64,000 nucleotides of DNA. Origin: Chrysomallon squamiferum (lineage: Eukaryota; Animalia; Mollusca). Position 1 is the stretch's first letter; every line of letters starts with the position of its first letter. Location of the stretch: NCBI GenBank assembly GCA_012295275.1, contig CM022665.1:23064001-23128000 (forward strand). The letters are read 5' to 3'. The position numbers and the translations under genes are program-made. Below, in pieces: positions 53,253-64,000 of this stretch. The notes below the pieces were generated by a model. The model saw only the letters and a list, made by a program, of their open reading frames with translations. It did no database searches and was not told the DNA's origin.

Positions 53253-55215
53253 ATAATAAACAAATTAATTAAAGTTTAAAACTGAAATTAATTTAAAAAG
53301 TAATTAACAGCCAAAGGGAACAAATCAGCAGCATCACGAAAACTTACAATTAATCGATTAATCATTAAAATTATCGTATAACATTAATCAGCAACCACTT
53401 TAAGATTCATTTAAGAGAAGAAAGAAGATGTGTTTCTTTGCCAGAATCCCTGAATAACAAACATCTTTGTTTTCTGGTTATATGCTCCTGGATTATTTTT
53501 AATGTTATCGCGCGAATGTTGCTTTTGAAACCGTCAATGACATTATACGTTGTCCACACATTGCCAAAACGATATTTCACGGATAATCGGGTTTTATTTG
53601 CCCCGTAGCGCATTTAGACCCGCCCCTTTCATCAAAAAAGACGAAAGCATTGTTGCTAATTTTATCCGCTCATAGAGCGACATTAGTAACCAGAGGGCAA
53701 GTAAAAAAAAAAAAAAAAAAGAAAAAGAAAAGTTTAAAAAGAAAAAAAAAATTCTAAAAAAAAAAATCCTCGTGTAAAAAGTCTAAGGGGTGTGCGTATT
53801 TGTACACCGAATTACTATTCTCACTAACTCTCTCGAAAATATTTGATTTTTGCATGCTTTAGTACGCTTCCATAGGCGAGCGGTAGTTCAGGCCAGATCT
53901 GCGTTTTGCATCGCCGATTAGCGACAATCGAACTCGCTCGTTGGGGCCATGGGGACATTGTGTTCGTCAAAGATGGATATAATCTTGTATAGAAATTCGC
54001 TGTTTTTGTGTAATAAAGTGTAAAGAAATCTAATACGTGTCATACTCGTAGCCTTAACAAAAACTGTGTATTTGTCATTGAGGATGCTAGATTAGATTGA
54101 AGCGCGGTGTACAAACAGACACACACAGCACTGGAAATTTTATTATCTCGGTCCTGATATAAATTCTCATATGGCCGACGGGCTAGAAGAAATGTTCATC
54201 ATGTATTTTTTATATTAGTCTGAATCTCTTATTTACCTGTATCAGAAGGTAAAATGGAGAAATTTGGAGGTTCGCTTGAGGCGAAACAGCTGTATACACT
54301 TGCATCCAGTATGACAAATCTATTAGAAATTATCAGTATTTTAACGAGATTTTTTTTTCTTTTGATTGTAGCAAAATATAATTTAAAAATTATTATATAT
54401 GAAACTAGTGAACAGTACAAAGTACCGCAATATAATATAATAATATACATCCATGGCCTAAATAAACTATATAAAATCAAATTATTATTATTATTATTAT
54501 TATTTTTTTTTTTTCACAGTTTAATGCTATACAATAATTACGGGCAAAAGAAACAATACAGATATAACTTAGAAACCAAGAAGTGAAACATGTGGAAATA
54601 TTTTTGATTTTTAACATATTAAAACTTCTTTTTTTTCGCATCATACGCATGCTAAGTAATCTGATAAAAAAAAAAAAAAAAAAAAAAGTGGCAATAACTG
54701 CCACAGTACGACAGTTACAACAGCAGTGGCGTTACTGGTGTCAGCAACAACGTGACAGGCATCGGCAACCCACAGCAACATAGATAAAAGCATGTTAATC
54801 TTAGACATACACAGAAAGGGGAATGATATACCTCAGCTAATATTTAAAATGAAATAATCTCAAACTATCTGCCGTAACGTTTTACATGTTCCGGGAATGC
54901 TGTGCGATATTGGCTCCCAGACAAAGACGACAGACCACTAATAATTATATTCTTTCCTTAACTAACCATCTAATCAAAAACAACATCGATCTTATATTTT
55001 AGGCAAGTCAGCCTTGATAAGCATCTTAAACATTTGCCTTTTCAACCGGCAAATAATCAGCCAGAAGATGCATGGTCACTTATTAGGGCAGTTCAGAAAG
55101 ATTAAGTACTATAAATGTTAATCATAAAACGTGCAAGAATAACGTCTTCGTCAAAGAAAAAAAAAAAAAAAAATTATAATAAAATAATAATAAAAATTAA
55201 TAATAAATAAATATA

Positions 55216-55277
<62 letters not shown>

Positions 55278-55694
55278 TAATAAAAGAAAATATTTTTTTT
55301 TGGTGATCTGAGAACCTATTAATATACGTTTTAAAATTACAATGTGTTGCTTCAAATAGATGATTAATAATGATTTCTAAAATAGCCATTAAATTATATT
55401 CTAAATCAATTATAAATTTTCCAGCTAATTCTTTTAAGGAAATATTTATCCTTCTGATATTGTTGTATAAAATTTAAGAAATAAAAAATCTACTGTAACA
55501 GTAGCAGTGAATAATTTGACAAAATGTAGCTAATACAAAAAAAAAGTTGTTGTTTTTTGTTTTTTTTTTTTTCTTTTAAATAAATAAATAAATGCAAAAG
55601 ACAAATGATCACATCAATATTTTATAGAGTGTCATTTAATTTCAGTGAAATATACTTTCTGATGTTTAAATTAAAAGAATTCTGTTACTGTAAT

Positions 55695-55882
55695 AATATA
55701 TATAAACATACATAAATACATACATATATACACATATACACACATACATACACATACACATACACATATACACATAAACATATATACACATACATACATA
55801 TCTATATCTACATACAGATAGAGAAACAATCATACGTATATAGATAGATATACACGAACGTACATATATAATACATACACAC
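55695..55882. repeat. Degenerate (CATA/CA/TA)n microsatellite
   Basis: Directly visible, upstream of the copy B promoter. Confidence 0.88.
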
Positions 55883-56119
55883 ATTTGGGCAGCCTTATAT
55901 CTCTATATGTAAAAGTACAACCTTTCTCTGCGTTTATTTAAAAGAAGGAACAATTAATTAATAGACTGTTCTGGTGTCGTAACAAAATTTTAAAAATAAC
56001 ACAGTGAAAGAAATGCAAATGAACTCCCAATTTGCGCGAAACGAAGCGTTAAACTTGTAAGATGAGCGAAACGTTTGGGTCAGCATGTCAGAGGATTGTG
56101 TTTATCTACCGTCCGCAGT

Positions 56120-56420
56120 TGACTTCACGCCGTGGGATTATATCCCGTATAGGCAGCCTCACTGGGCCGGCGGCGCTTCGTGATTGGCAGCCTGCGAGCG
56201 TGATTGACAGCAAACTGCCTTGGCAACCGGTCGGAGGAGGGCCGTCGCCCAATCGTTTAGCGGCCAATTTTCGATTGGATTGTCAGATAAGAGTTATTCT
56301 AGAGCACGTTTTAACGGCTCCTTGTTAAAAACTGACACATTAGATGATTACGGCCACTCCCCATTACTTTCTGTTTATAATGGTGTCGATGTTCGGAGGT
56401 CGTTTAAGTAATAATACACG
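56120..56420 (+). promoter_or_regulatory. Proximal promoter of Six3/6 copy B
   Basis: GC/CpG-rich segment with TGATTGGCAG (56181), TGATTGACAG (56201), multiple CCAAT/ATTGG boxes, a TATA-like TTTATAA (~56375) and two blocks shared with the copy A upstream region. TSS unknown. Confidence 0.7.
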
Positions 56421-56760
56421 AGTTTAAGAGAAGGTCTTTTGAGACGTATCTGTATATTATAGGCGACTCATCCTTGCATTCTTGTTTGGCTCACGAATCG
56501 ACATTACACCCGAGTGCACTAGACCAAGGGAGACAGAAAATCTTGTCTGTTATTGTCATTATTCTTATTTTATTTATTTAATTACATTTAATTCTCACAC
56601 AGTGGACAATTCATGGATACCATTTTGCAACAATTCTCAATAAAAACATTCGGACTTTGAAAAAAAAAAAAAAAAAAATAGGTTCAAGAAGAATAAAATG
56701 AACAACATTTTATCAGTTTCTGATACATTTGTTAAAAGTATTGTTATATAAACTGGACAA

Positions 56761-57374
56761 ATGATGTTAGGAATGTGTGGAGGAGAAACTCTCCTGCCTG
56801 CCATGTTTCCCTTACCCACCCTGCACTTTACCCCACAGCAAGTGGCCAAGGTGTGTGAAACGCTAGAAGAAAGCGGAGACATTGAAAGACTTGGAAGATT
56901 TCTGTGGTCACTGCCAGTCAATCCGTCAGCTTGTGAAGCCCTCAACAAACACGAATCTGTCCTCAGAGCCCGTGGACTCGTTGCTTTTCACACAGGCAAT
57001 TTCAGAGACTTGTACCATATATTAGAAAATCATAAATTCACGAAAGAGTCTCATGCTAAATTGCAAGCAATGTGGTTAGAAGCTCACTACCAAGAAGCAG
57101 AAAAACTGCGAGGCAGACCACTGGGACCCGTGGACAAATACAGAGTCAGAAAGAAGTACCCGCTTCCGCGCACAATTTGGGACGGTGAACAAAAAACTCA
57201 TTGTTTTAAAGAGAGAACAAGAAATCATTTGCGGGAGTGGTACCTCCAGGACCCGTACCCCAACCCGACCAAGAAACGAGAACTTGCTCAAGCCACTGGT
57301 CTGACGCCAACACAAGTCGGAAATTGGTTCAAGAACCGCAGACAGAGAGACAGAGCAGCTGCTACGAAAAATAG
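56761..57374 (+). CDS. Six3/6: Six3/6 (optix-class) homeobox gene, copy B, exon 1: Six domain + homeodomain (3' partial)
   Basis: Canonical Six3/6 sequence: ...[45 protein letters not shown]...[13 protein letters not shown]...[14 protein letters not shown], with the diagnostic QKTH tetrapeptide. Consensus donor AG|GTGAGT at 57375; the TGA that closes the listed ORF lies inside this donor. Exon 2 was not confidently located in the window. Confidence 0.97.
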
Positions 57375-57378
57375 GTGA

Positions 57379-57414
<36 letters not shown>

Positions 57415-57662
57415 GTAATAATATCTGAATAAATGTGTGGTTCTTGTTATCCGTATTAATTATTAATACCTTTTATGTTATAATAATATAATGGTTATTA
57501 TTTTTCTTCTCTTTCAATTTCTTCTTTTACTCTTTTTTTATTATTAATTTAATATTCCCTAATTATTTTTAACAGCATTTAAATAGTAAATGTTGGCTAC
57601 AAATAAATGTCTTTTTTTTTTTAACAAGTAGGACAAAAAGGATAAATAATAATAATAGTAAC

Positions 57663-57705
<43 letters not shown>

Positions 57706-59863
57706 TAGAAAGTAAACTTAGTGATCCGTTTGTTTAACCTTTCAAAAACATGTTTTGGGAAATTACCTGTTTGTAATTCTCTTTTTGATAATTCATGGAA
57801 CAAAAATTAAACATTTACAAGATTATAAATAGATACATTTAATAATATGCTGAAGCTGTCTTAAAATACAAATGCTTGTTGCTGATTCTGTAAAACGTAA
57901 ATGAAATAAAATAAAGGGAAAACGAGAAGAAGAAAATATTACAGAAAATTAATCAATAGCAATGTTTCGCTCCATCAGTGCATGAATTCGATACTTTTAA
58001 TACGTGTTATTTAATAACAAAAGTGAAATTCATTATCATTATAAAATCACCTCTTTATCGTATTTTGTATATTATTATAATTTTAGAAAAATTTAAATTA
58101 TTATTATTATTATTATTATTATTAACATCATCATCATCATCACCCATTCTGATAGAAATTATGACGTGTTTGAAATATATGTGTATACGACAACATGCAT
58201 AATTATACAAAAGGAATATGCACATTTAATAAAGTAATTTTATAATATAATCGAAAATAAAACATTATGATTAAAATTATCGTTCAAGATTAAAATTATC
58301 AACTGTAACAACACCAGGTGTAACAATAACAATAACAGCAATTATAATAATAAAATAATAATAATAATAATACTTAGAAAAAAACAAAGGAAATAAAACA
58401 ACAGTAATAATAACAAAGATAATTTCAAGTATTAATAGAGAAATAAAGAAAACAAGGAAATTTACTAAATAATTAAATTTATTATTTATTCTGAAAAATA
58501 ATAATAATAAAATAAAAAATTGTTAGAATATTTTTATTAAAGATATTCACATTTATTTTAAACACAACATTTATTTGCCCTCACATTCAGGTGCATTATA
58601 TTTTATAATTTTTTAGTTTAAGATAACACATTTAAATAGCAAACATTATTTTATGATGCATTAGAAAATTAAATTACATGAAATAATTCCATTAATATAG
58701 TTTGTTTGTTAGTTCATTTATATATTTATATATTTATTTATTTGATGTTTTCGTTATTATTATTTTTATATTTTTATTACTATTTTTCTGGAATTATTCT
58801 TATTATTTTAAAAATTAGGTTCGTTTAAAATAAACTTATAGATAGTATTTATTTATTTATTTATAGTTACAATTATTTTAAAAATCGAAAGTTAGTTATC
58901 TATCCTTGAACTCTCTGATATAAGACATAGCTAGTGCCCACGACAGGCATGTTTGGACAATTCTCACACCCACATATTATTGCCCGTGATGTATAGCTGT
59001 TTACAGTTCATGTCTAATTTACCAGTATATCTTAGGACGAAGCAAGATTGCGAATTTACTTTGTCGAGGTAAATTTTGGCGTACCTGTAATTACGTCTTC
59101 GCACCTGTCGAATCCTACATACACACCTTAGCACTGTGGTAACACGGGTCACAAAGATAAGGTGATCATGTCCTTTTGTCTGAATGTTTAGCTTATTTAC
59201 TTTTAACACCTGCTCCGCTAATCTGTTTTTTCTACTATCATAACAACATAATCATGTACTGTTTCGCCTCGTAAAGAGTTAAAGTCCAACGTGGGAATTT
59301 TGACAAATTGTTATAATTCCACTACGATTTAAAAGATAAACGTATCTTCAGTGTTAGGTCTGATTAGGTTTATCTGAAATTCATATATATTTATTTATTT
59401 ATCTGTTTGTTTGTTTGTTTATTTATTTATTTATTTATTTACTTATTTATTTATTTATTTTTTGTTTGTTTGTTTTTTTTTTTTTTTTTTTGTTTATTTG
59501 TTTATTTATATATTTATCTACTAATGGTTTGTATGTGGTAATTATTATTGTTTTGTTTATAATAATAATTATTATTATTATGATTATTATTATTATTATT
59601 ATGATTACTAGTATTATTATTATTATTACAATCATTTATATCTCGTATAATTTATTTTAAGAACTTATATTTTTTAGTTTTATCGGCTTTGATTACAAAA
59701 TTAATTTGTCTTACAATAATGAAATTGTGTAGTGTAAAAATATTGTTTGCATAAAAAAATATTATATACACACTTGAAATGCATAAAACAAATTTTAAAT
59801 TTAAATTATAAAATTAACCTTTCGGAACTAATAACAGCAATCACAACAAAAAAGAAAATAATG

Positions 59864-59930
<67 letters not shown>

Positions 59931-60265
59931 TAATAAATGTGTGTAAGTTTAAACTTATTTTTAAAAATTACAATATTATTAATATTTAAGGAATAAACCT
60001 ATAACCATTGGTAATTAAATAGAATTGAAATATAAATACTTATAAAATTATTCACTTTTAAATGTTATACTTACTGATAGTAATTTAGTTAAATAATTTA
60101 TTCAAAAATAATATATATATATTCAGCTAATAGTAAGAAAACCAAAGTGATATATTAAAAGCATGACCATCAAACATATGAAAACAAAATTTAACAGAAG
60201 AAAAACAAAGAAAACAAGCATCGAACACGTGCACCGGCGCACACTCACACAACAACACACAAACA

Positions 60266-60306
<41 letters not shown>

Positions 60307-62234
60307 AATGATAATAATAATTTAAATAAATTAAATTAAATTAAAACCAAAATGAAATAAAAAGAGATAGAGGTAAATAAATAAATGAGTATATATATAT
60401 ATTAAATGAAATAAGAACAGGAAGGAAAATGAGAATAAAAATATAAAAACTCATTATTATTATTATTATTATAAATAAATAAATAAATAAATAAATAAAT
60501 ATAAACATGACAAAAGGAAAGTAGAAAAAAAAATAGTAATAATAATTATAGCAGTAACAAAAACCAAATAAAATATAATAAAACTGAATTAAAAATTCAA
60601 AACAAAAGACAATATGACAAAAACAACAACAAAGAATATTAAAATTAACATTAATAACTTGTGAATATTAAAATTTCCTGTTTTTGTAGCATCTCTCTTT
60701 GGTTATAAAACATAAAAACCGTTCCATATGTTCAATCGATAAAAGCTATGATATCTTCCAACTACACGCTTTATCTGTTTTTACACTTTTTAAAAGCCGA
60801 GTGTGGTATTTCGTGTGTCTGTGTCTACATCAACACACTCCGGTTTGGATCTCCCAGGCAGAAGGCGCCACCGCTTGAAAGGGAAAACAAGGGCTTCCAC
60901 GAATTATCTTGTAATCGAAGTTATTTTATCGTTTATTGGCAATCTGTGATCTATTTGTCTGCCTCAAGTGCTGACTGCGATCTTGTGCGATAGGACATAA
61001 CTCGGCTTTTTAGCTCCTACCCCGAGATGAAAGCAATGTTAGCGGAATCCATTTCCACCATTTTTTTTTTTTTTTTTTAAACTGACCGCAATCAGCGCAA
61101 ACATCCAAGCAACATGACAAAAGGGATAGATTTCGCTTGCCCGAGACCCGTATATTTGTGAAAATAAAAATTAAAGTAATAAAAGGGTTTGAGGGCCTGA
61201 CTGGGATGAATAGAGGATAACGAAGCAGATCTCGAAATCCACTCGTTTCCCCATCGAGTCTCGCCTGCGAGTGATCTGTGTTTGGTTAGTGCGGTTCAAG
61301 CATGGGGACATTTGAACACAATGTTAAGAGTAGTGTGCGAGAGAAAGGCCTTGTTATACCAACTCCAGAAAGGACACGACGACTGTCTGCAAGCACTACA
61401 GAAGAATAGGTAGTTTATAGTGTTTTTAAATTTAGACGTCTAAATATAGCAATTGGGATTTTCTCAAAAGTGTCCCGTCTGAAACAAATAGATTTACTCT
61501 GTGCTGATATTTTATCTGCGTTTATGACAAGGCCAAATAAAGTTATGAATGAATAGATACTACTAAACTAAAATTAAAATCAAAATCAAAATCAAAATCA
61601 AAATTAAAATTAAAAGAAGGAATAAAAGTAAATTAAACTTTTCTGAATTAATTAGTTTCTCTTTCTTTACTTGTATATTTGTTTAATATCACCATTCTCT
61701 GATAGGAAATCGAATTAAAATTATGATAATTATATTTAAAATCAATTAATATTTGCTTGTGTTTACGAATATTTCCTGCGGCTATGGTATTATTGGCGAA
61801 TATGAAGAAGAACAAGTGGAAATGATTTTGTATACACTGATTGACAATGATCATATAAATTAGAAAAAAAAAAAAAAAAAAAAAAAAAAGAAGAAGAAGA
61901 AGAATACACAAAATACTTATATATTATTTATTAAACTTTTTCACATAAGCTGTGGATGAAACAAATATGTCATCATCTTGTAAGCTTTCCTTTCCGCACT
62001 AACACAACAAATTAATTAAATAGCAGTATCAAGGGAAATTAATAGCATAATGCATCTCTGGAAAAAAAAGAAAAAAAAAAGAAAATTAAGTGAATTTTAG
62101 AAATAATTATAGCTAACATATAAAATAATTTTACAGGAAATAACATACGACCAACCCAAAAGTAACAAAACAAAACAAAAAACAACAACAAAAAAACAAA
62201 CCCCTCAAAAACAACAACAACAACAATATAATAA

Positions 62235-62277
<43 letters not shown>

Positions 62278-62391
62278 CAAAATAAAATAAAATTAAAAAT
62301 CCTAACAAACACATTGCTACTTCTTCACAACTACCAGTGCTACTACTACTACATACACACATTGATATACATACATTCATACATTCATACA

Positions 62392-62425
<34 letters not shown>

Positions 62426-63195
62426 CATACAAAAAATACATGATTGTTTTAATTTCCTTCCATACATTTATCTCCTCAATTAAATGTAACACAACCATTA
62501 CTACAATTACCATACAGTTTTCAAGTTTAATTATAGTTTCGTTTGAGTCATAACATTTTTTTTTTTTTCCCGTTTTTATTTTATTTTTTCTGTTTTAATA
62601 TCGATATGAGAACTTTTTGACACAAAGAGAATTTTGAAATGTTTCCATCGATTTTATCTGTTGTTGGCCTTGATACTAAATGGAGACAGTTTAATATTTG
62701 GTTACTCCAGTCTGAACGAAGACAACCTGCTGTTATGAAAATGTTTCGAAAAAAATCAAAGAAAAAAAAGAAAAAGAAAAAACAAACAAAGAGCCAAAAA
62801 CGGAAGAAAAAAAAAATACAAAAACGAACGAAAATAAATAGAAAAAGTAAACTAATCGTATGATATTGCTACTTATTATTATTATTATTATTTTTTATTT
62901 ATTTATTTATTTTTTTATTTTTTCACAGTTTAATATATTTTAGGTTTACTCGTTTTCTTTGTTGTTTTTTTGTTTTCGGTATTGAAATACAGATGTAAAA
63001 TAAAATAATACCACCCAAAAATGTATAGTTCCCCCCCAAAAAAAATAAAGGAATAAAGTAAATAAACAAACAAAAAATAATAAGAAGAAATAAAATAAAA
63101 TAAATAAATAAATAAATTTGAGATAACCCAATTATCACTATCAATATCATAATGATTAAAACAATATCCATCGTCAACATAATCTTAAAAATTAC

Positions 63196-63257
63196 TACTA
63201 CTATTACTACATATACTACTACTACTATTACTATTATTATTATCATCATCATCATCG

Positions 63258-63304
<47 letters not shown>

Positions 63305-63352
63305 GTTATTGTTATTGTTATTATTATTATTATTATCATCATTATTATTATT
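63196..63352. repeat. Compound (TAC/TAT/CAT)n trinucleotide array
   Basis: Directly visible. Confidence 0.92.
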
Positions 63353-63811
63353 AACGACAGATACAACTGAATTTTTTCGTTGTTATTCTTAAATAAATAT
63401 AAATAAAAAAGTAATAAAAACTAAAATATTGTTTTTAAAAATTAAAATAATATAACAACAATATAAAACAAACAAATAATATTTGTATTTTGTAATAAAA
63501 ATAAAAATATAATAAATTTTAAATTCAGTTAAACAATAAAGCCTAAACTAAATATGCAAAGCAAATAAAAATAATCTGAAAACAAGTAAGAAGAAACTGT
63601 TTGGGAAGTACAGAAGAAATATAAAAAATAAATCTACATATAATTAGTTATGAAAAACAATGAACGAACCAATGAACTGCTATTTGTTTTCAAATTTAGT
63701 GATGAATTTGTTCATATATTTAGCATTTCATAAACTACTTTAAATGAAGCAAAACCAAACTGATAAATTATAAATATATATATATATATATATTTCTTCT
63801 GCATCTGTGTG

Positions 63812-63820
<9 letters not shown>

Positions 63821-63873
<53 letters not shown>
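63821..63873. repeat. (GA)n microsatellite
   Basis: Directly visible. Confidence 0.95.
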
Positions 63874-63878
<5 letters not shown>

Positions 63879-64000
63879 TAATTTTTTAATAACTTTTTAA
63901 TACTTTTTTTTATATAAATATTTTCTTTTTTGTGTGTTGTTTATGTAATAATTAATTTATTTATTTGTTCATTTTATCATATACTGATAGACGTGGCTGT

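Noticed and set aside
6490-57374. The two copies as an uncollapsed-haplotype assembly artefact
   Set aside because: 29 amino-acid differences, about half of the comparable codons silently different, and unalignable introns and flanks are far beyond allelic divergence.
60696-60706. TCTTTGGTTAT matching the 5' end of miR-9
   Set aside because: The match stops after 11 nt and there is no star arm.
60858-60993. Candidate exon 2 of copy B (CCCAG|G, giving KNR-QKAPPLERENKGF...DLVR*)
   Set aside because: Phase-compatible, but the acceptor is mediocre and the peptide is hydrophobic/aromatic and unrelated to the copy A tail. A TAG|A at 63990 is equally possible, and the true exon probably lies beyond the window. 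Cannot be resolved without transcripts.

Overview
Eukaryotic (metazoan) genomic DNA, very AT-rich and saturated with microsatellites, probably lophotrochozoan/molluscan (inferred from the protein sequences and repeat style; not verified). Only two protein-coding genes can be supported, and both are Six3/6 (optix-class) SINE homeobox genes on the + strand, arranged head-to-tail with ATGs 50,271 bp apart. Copy A is complete: exon 1 6490-7103, a phase-2 intron, and exon 2 13388-13670, giving 298 aa. Copy B has exon 1 at 56761-57374; its exon 2 is not confidently found and probably lies beyond the window. The two first exons are exactly colinear (614 nt each) and about 86% identical in protein, but heavily diverged at silent sites. 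Copy B is the canonical Six3/6 (QKTH) and copy A carries most of the derived changes (WNGE, QKSH). The main signals are an old tandem duplication of a normally single-copy anterior-patterning gene, an apparent gene-conversion or constraint tract over the recognition helix, and paralogous promoter blocks kept by both copies. The ~43 kb between the genes has no recognisable coding sequence. It alternates microsatellite tracts with repeat-free islands that look like a cis-regulatory landscape. Nearly all other listed ORFs are microsatellite artefacts. All counts were made by eye and all motif calls are unverified.
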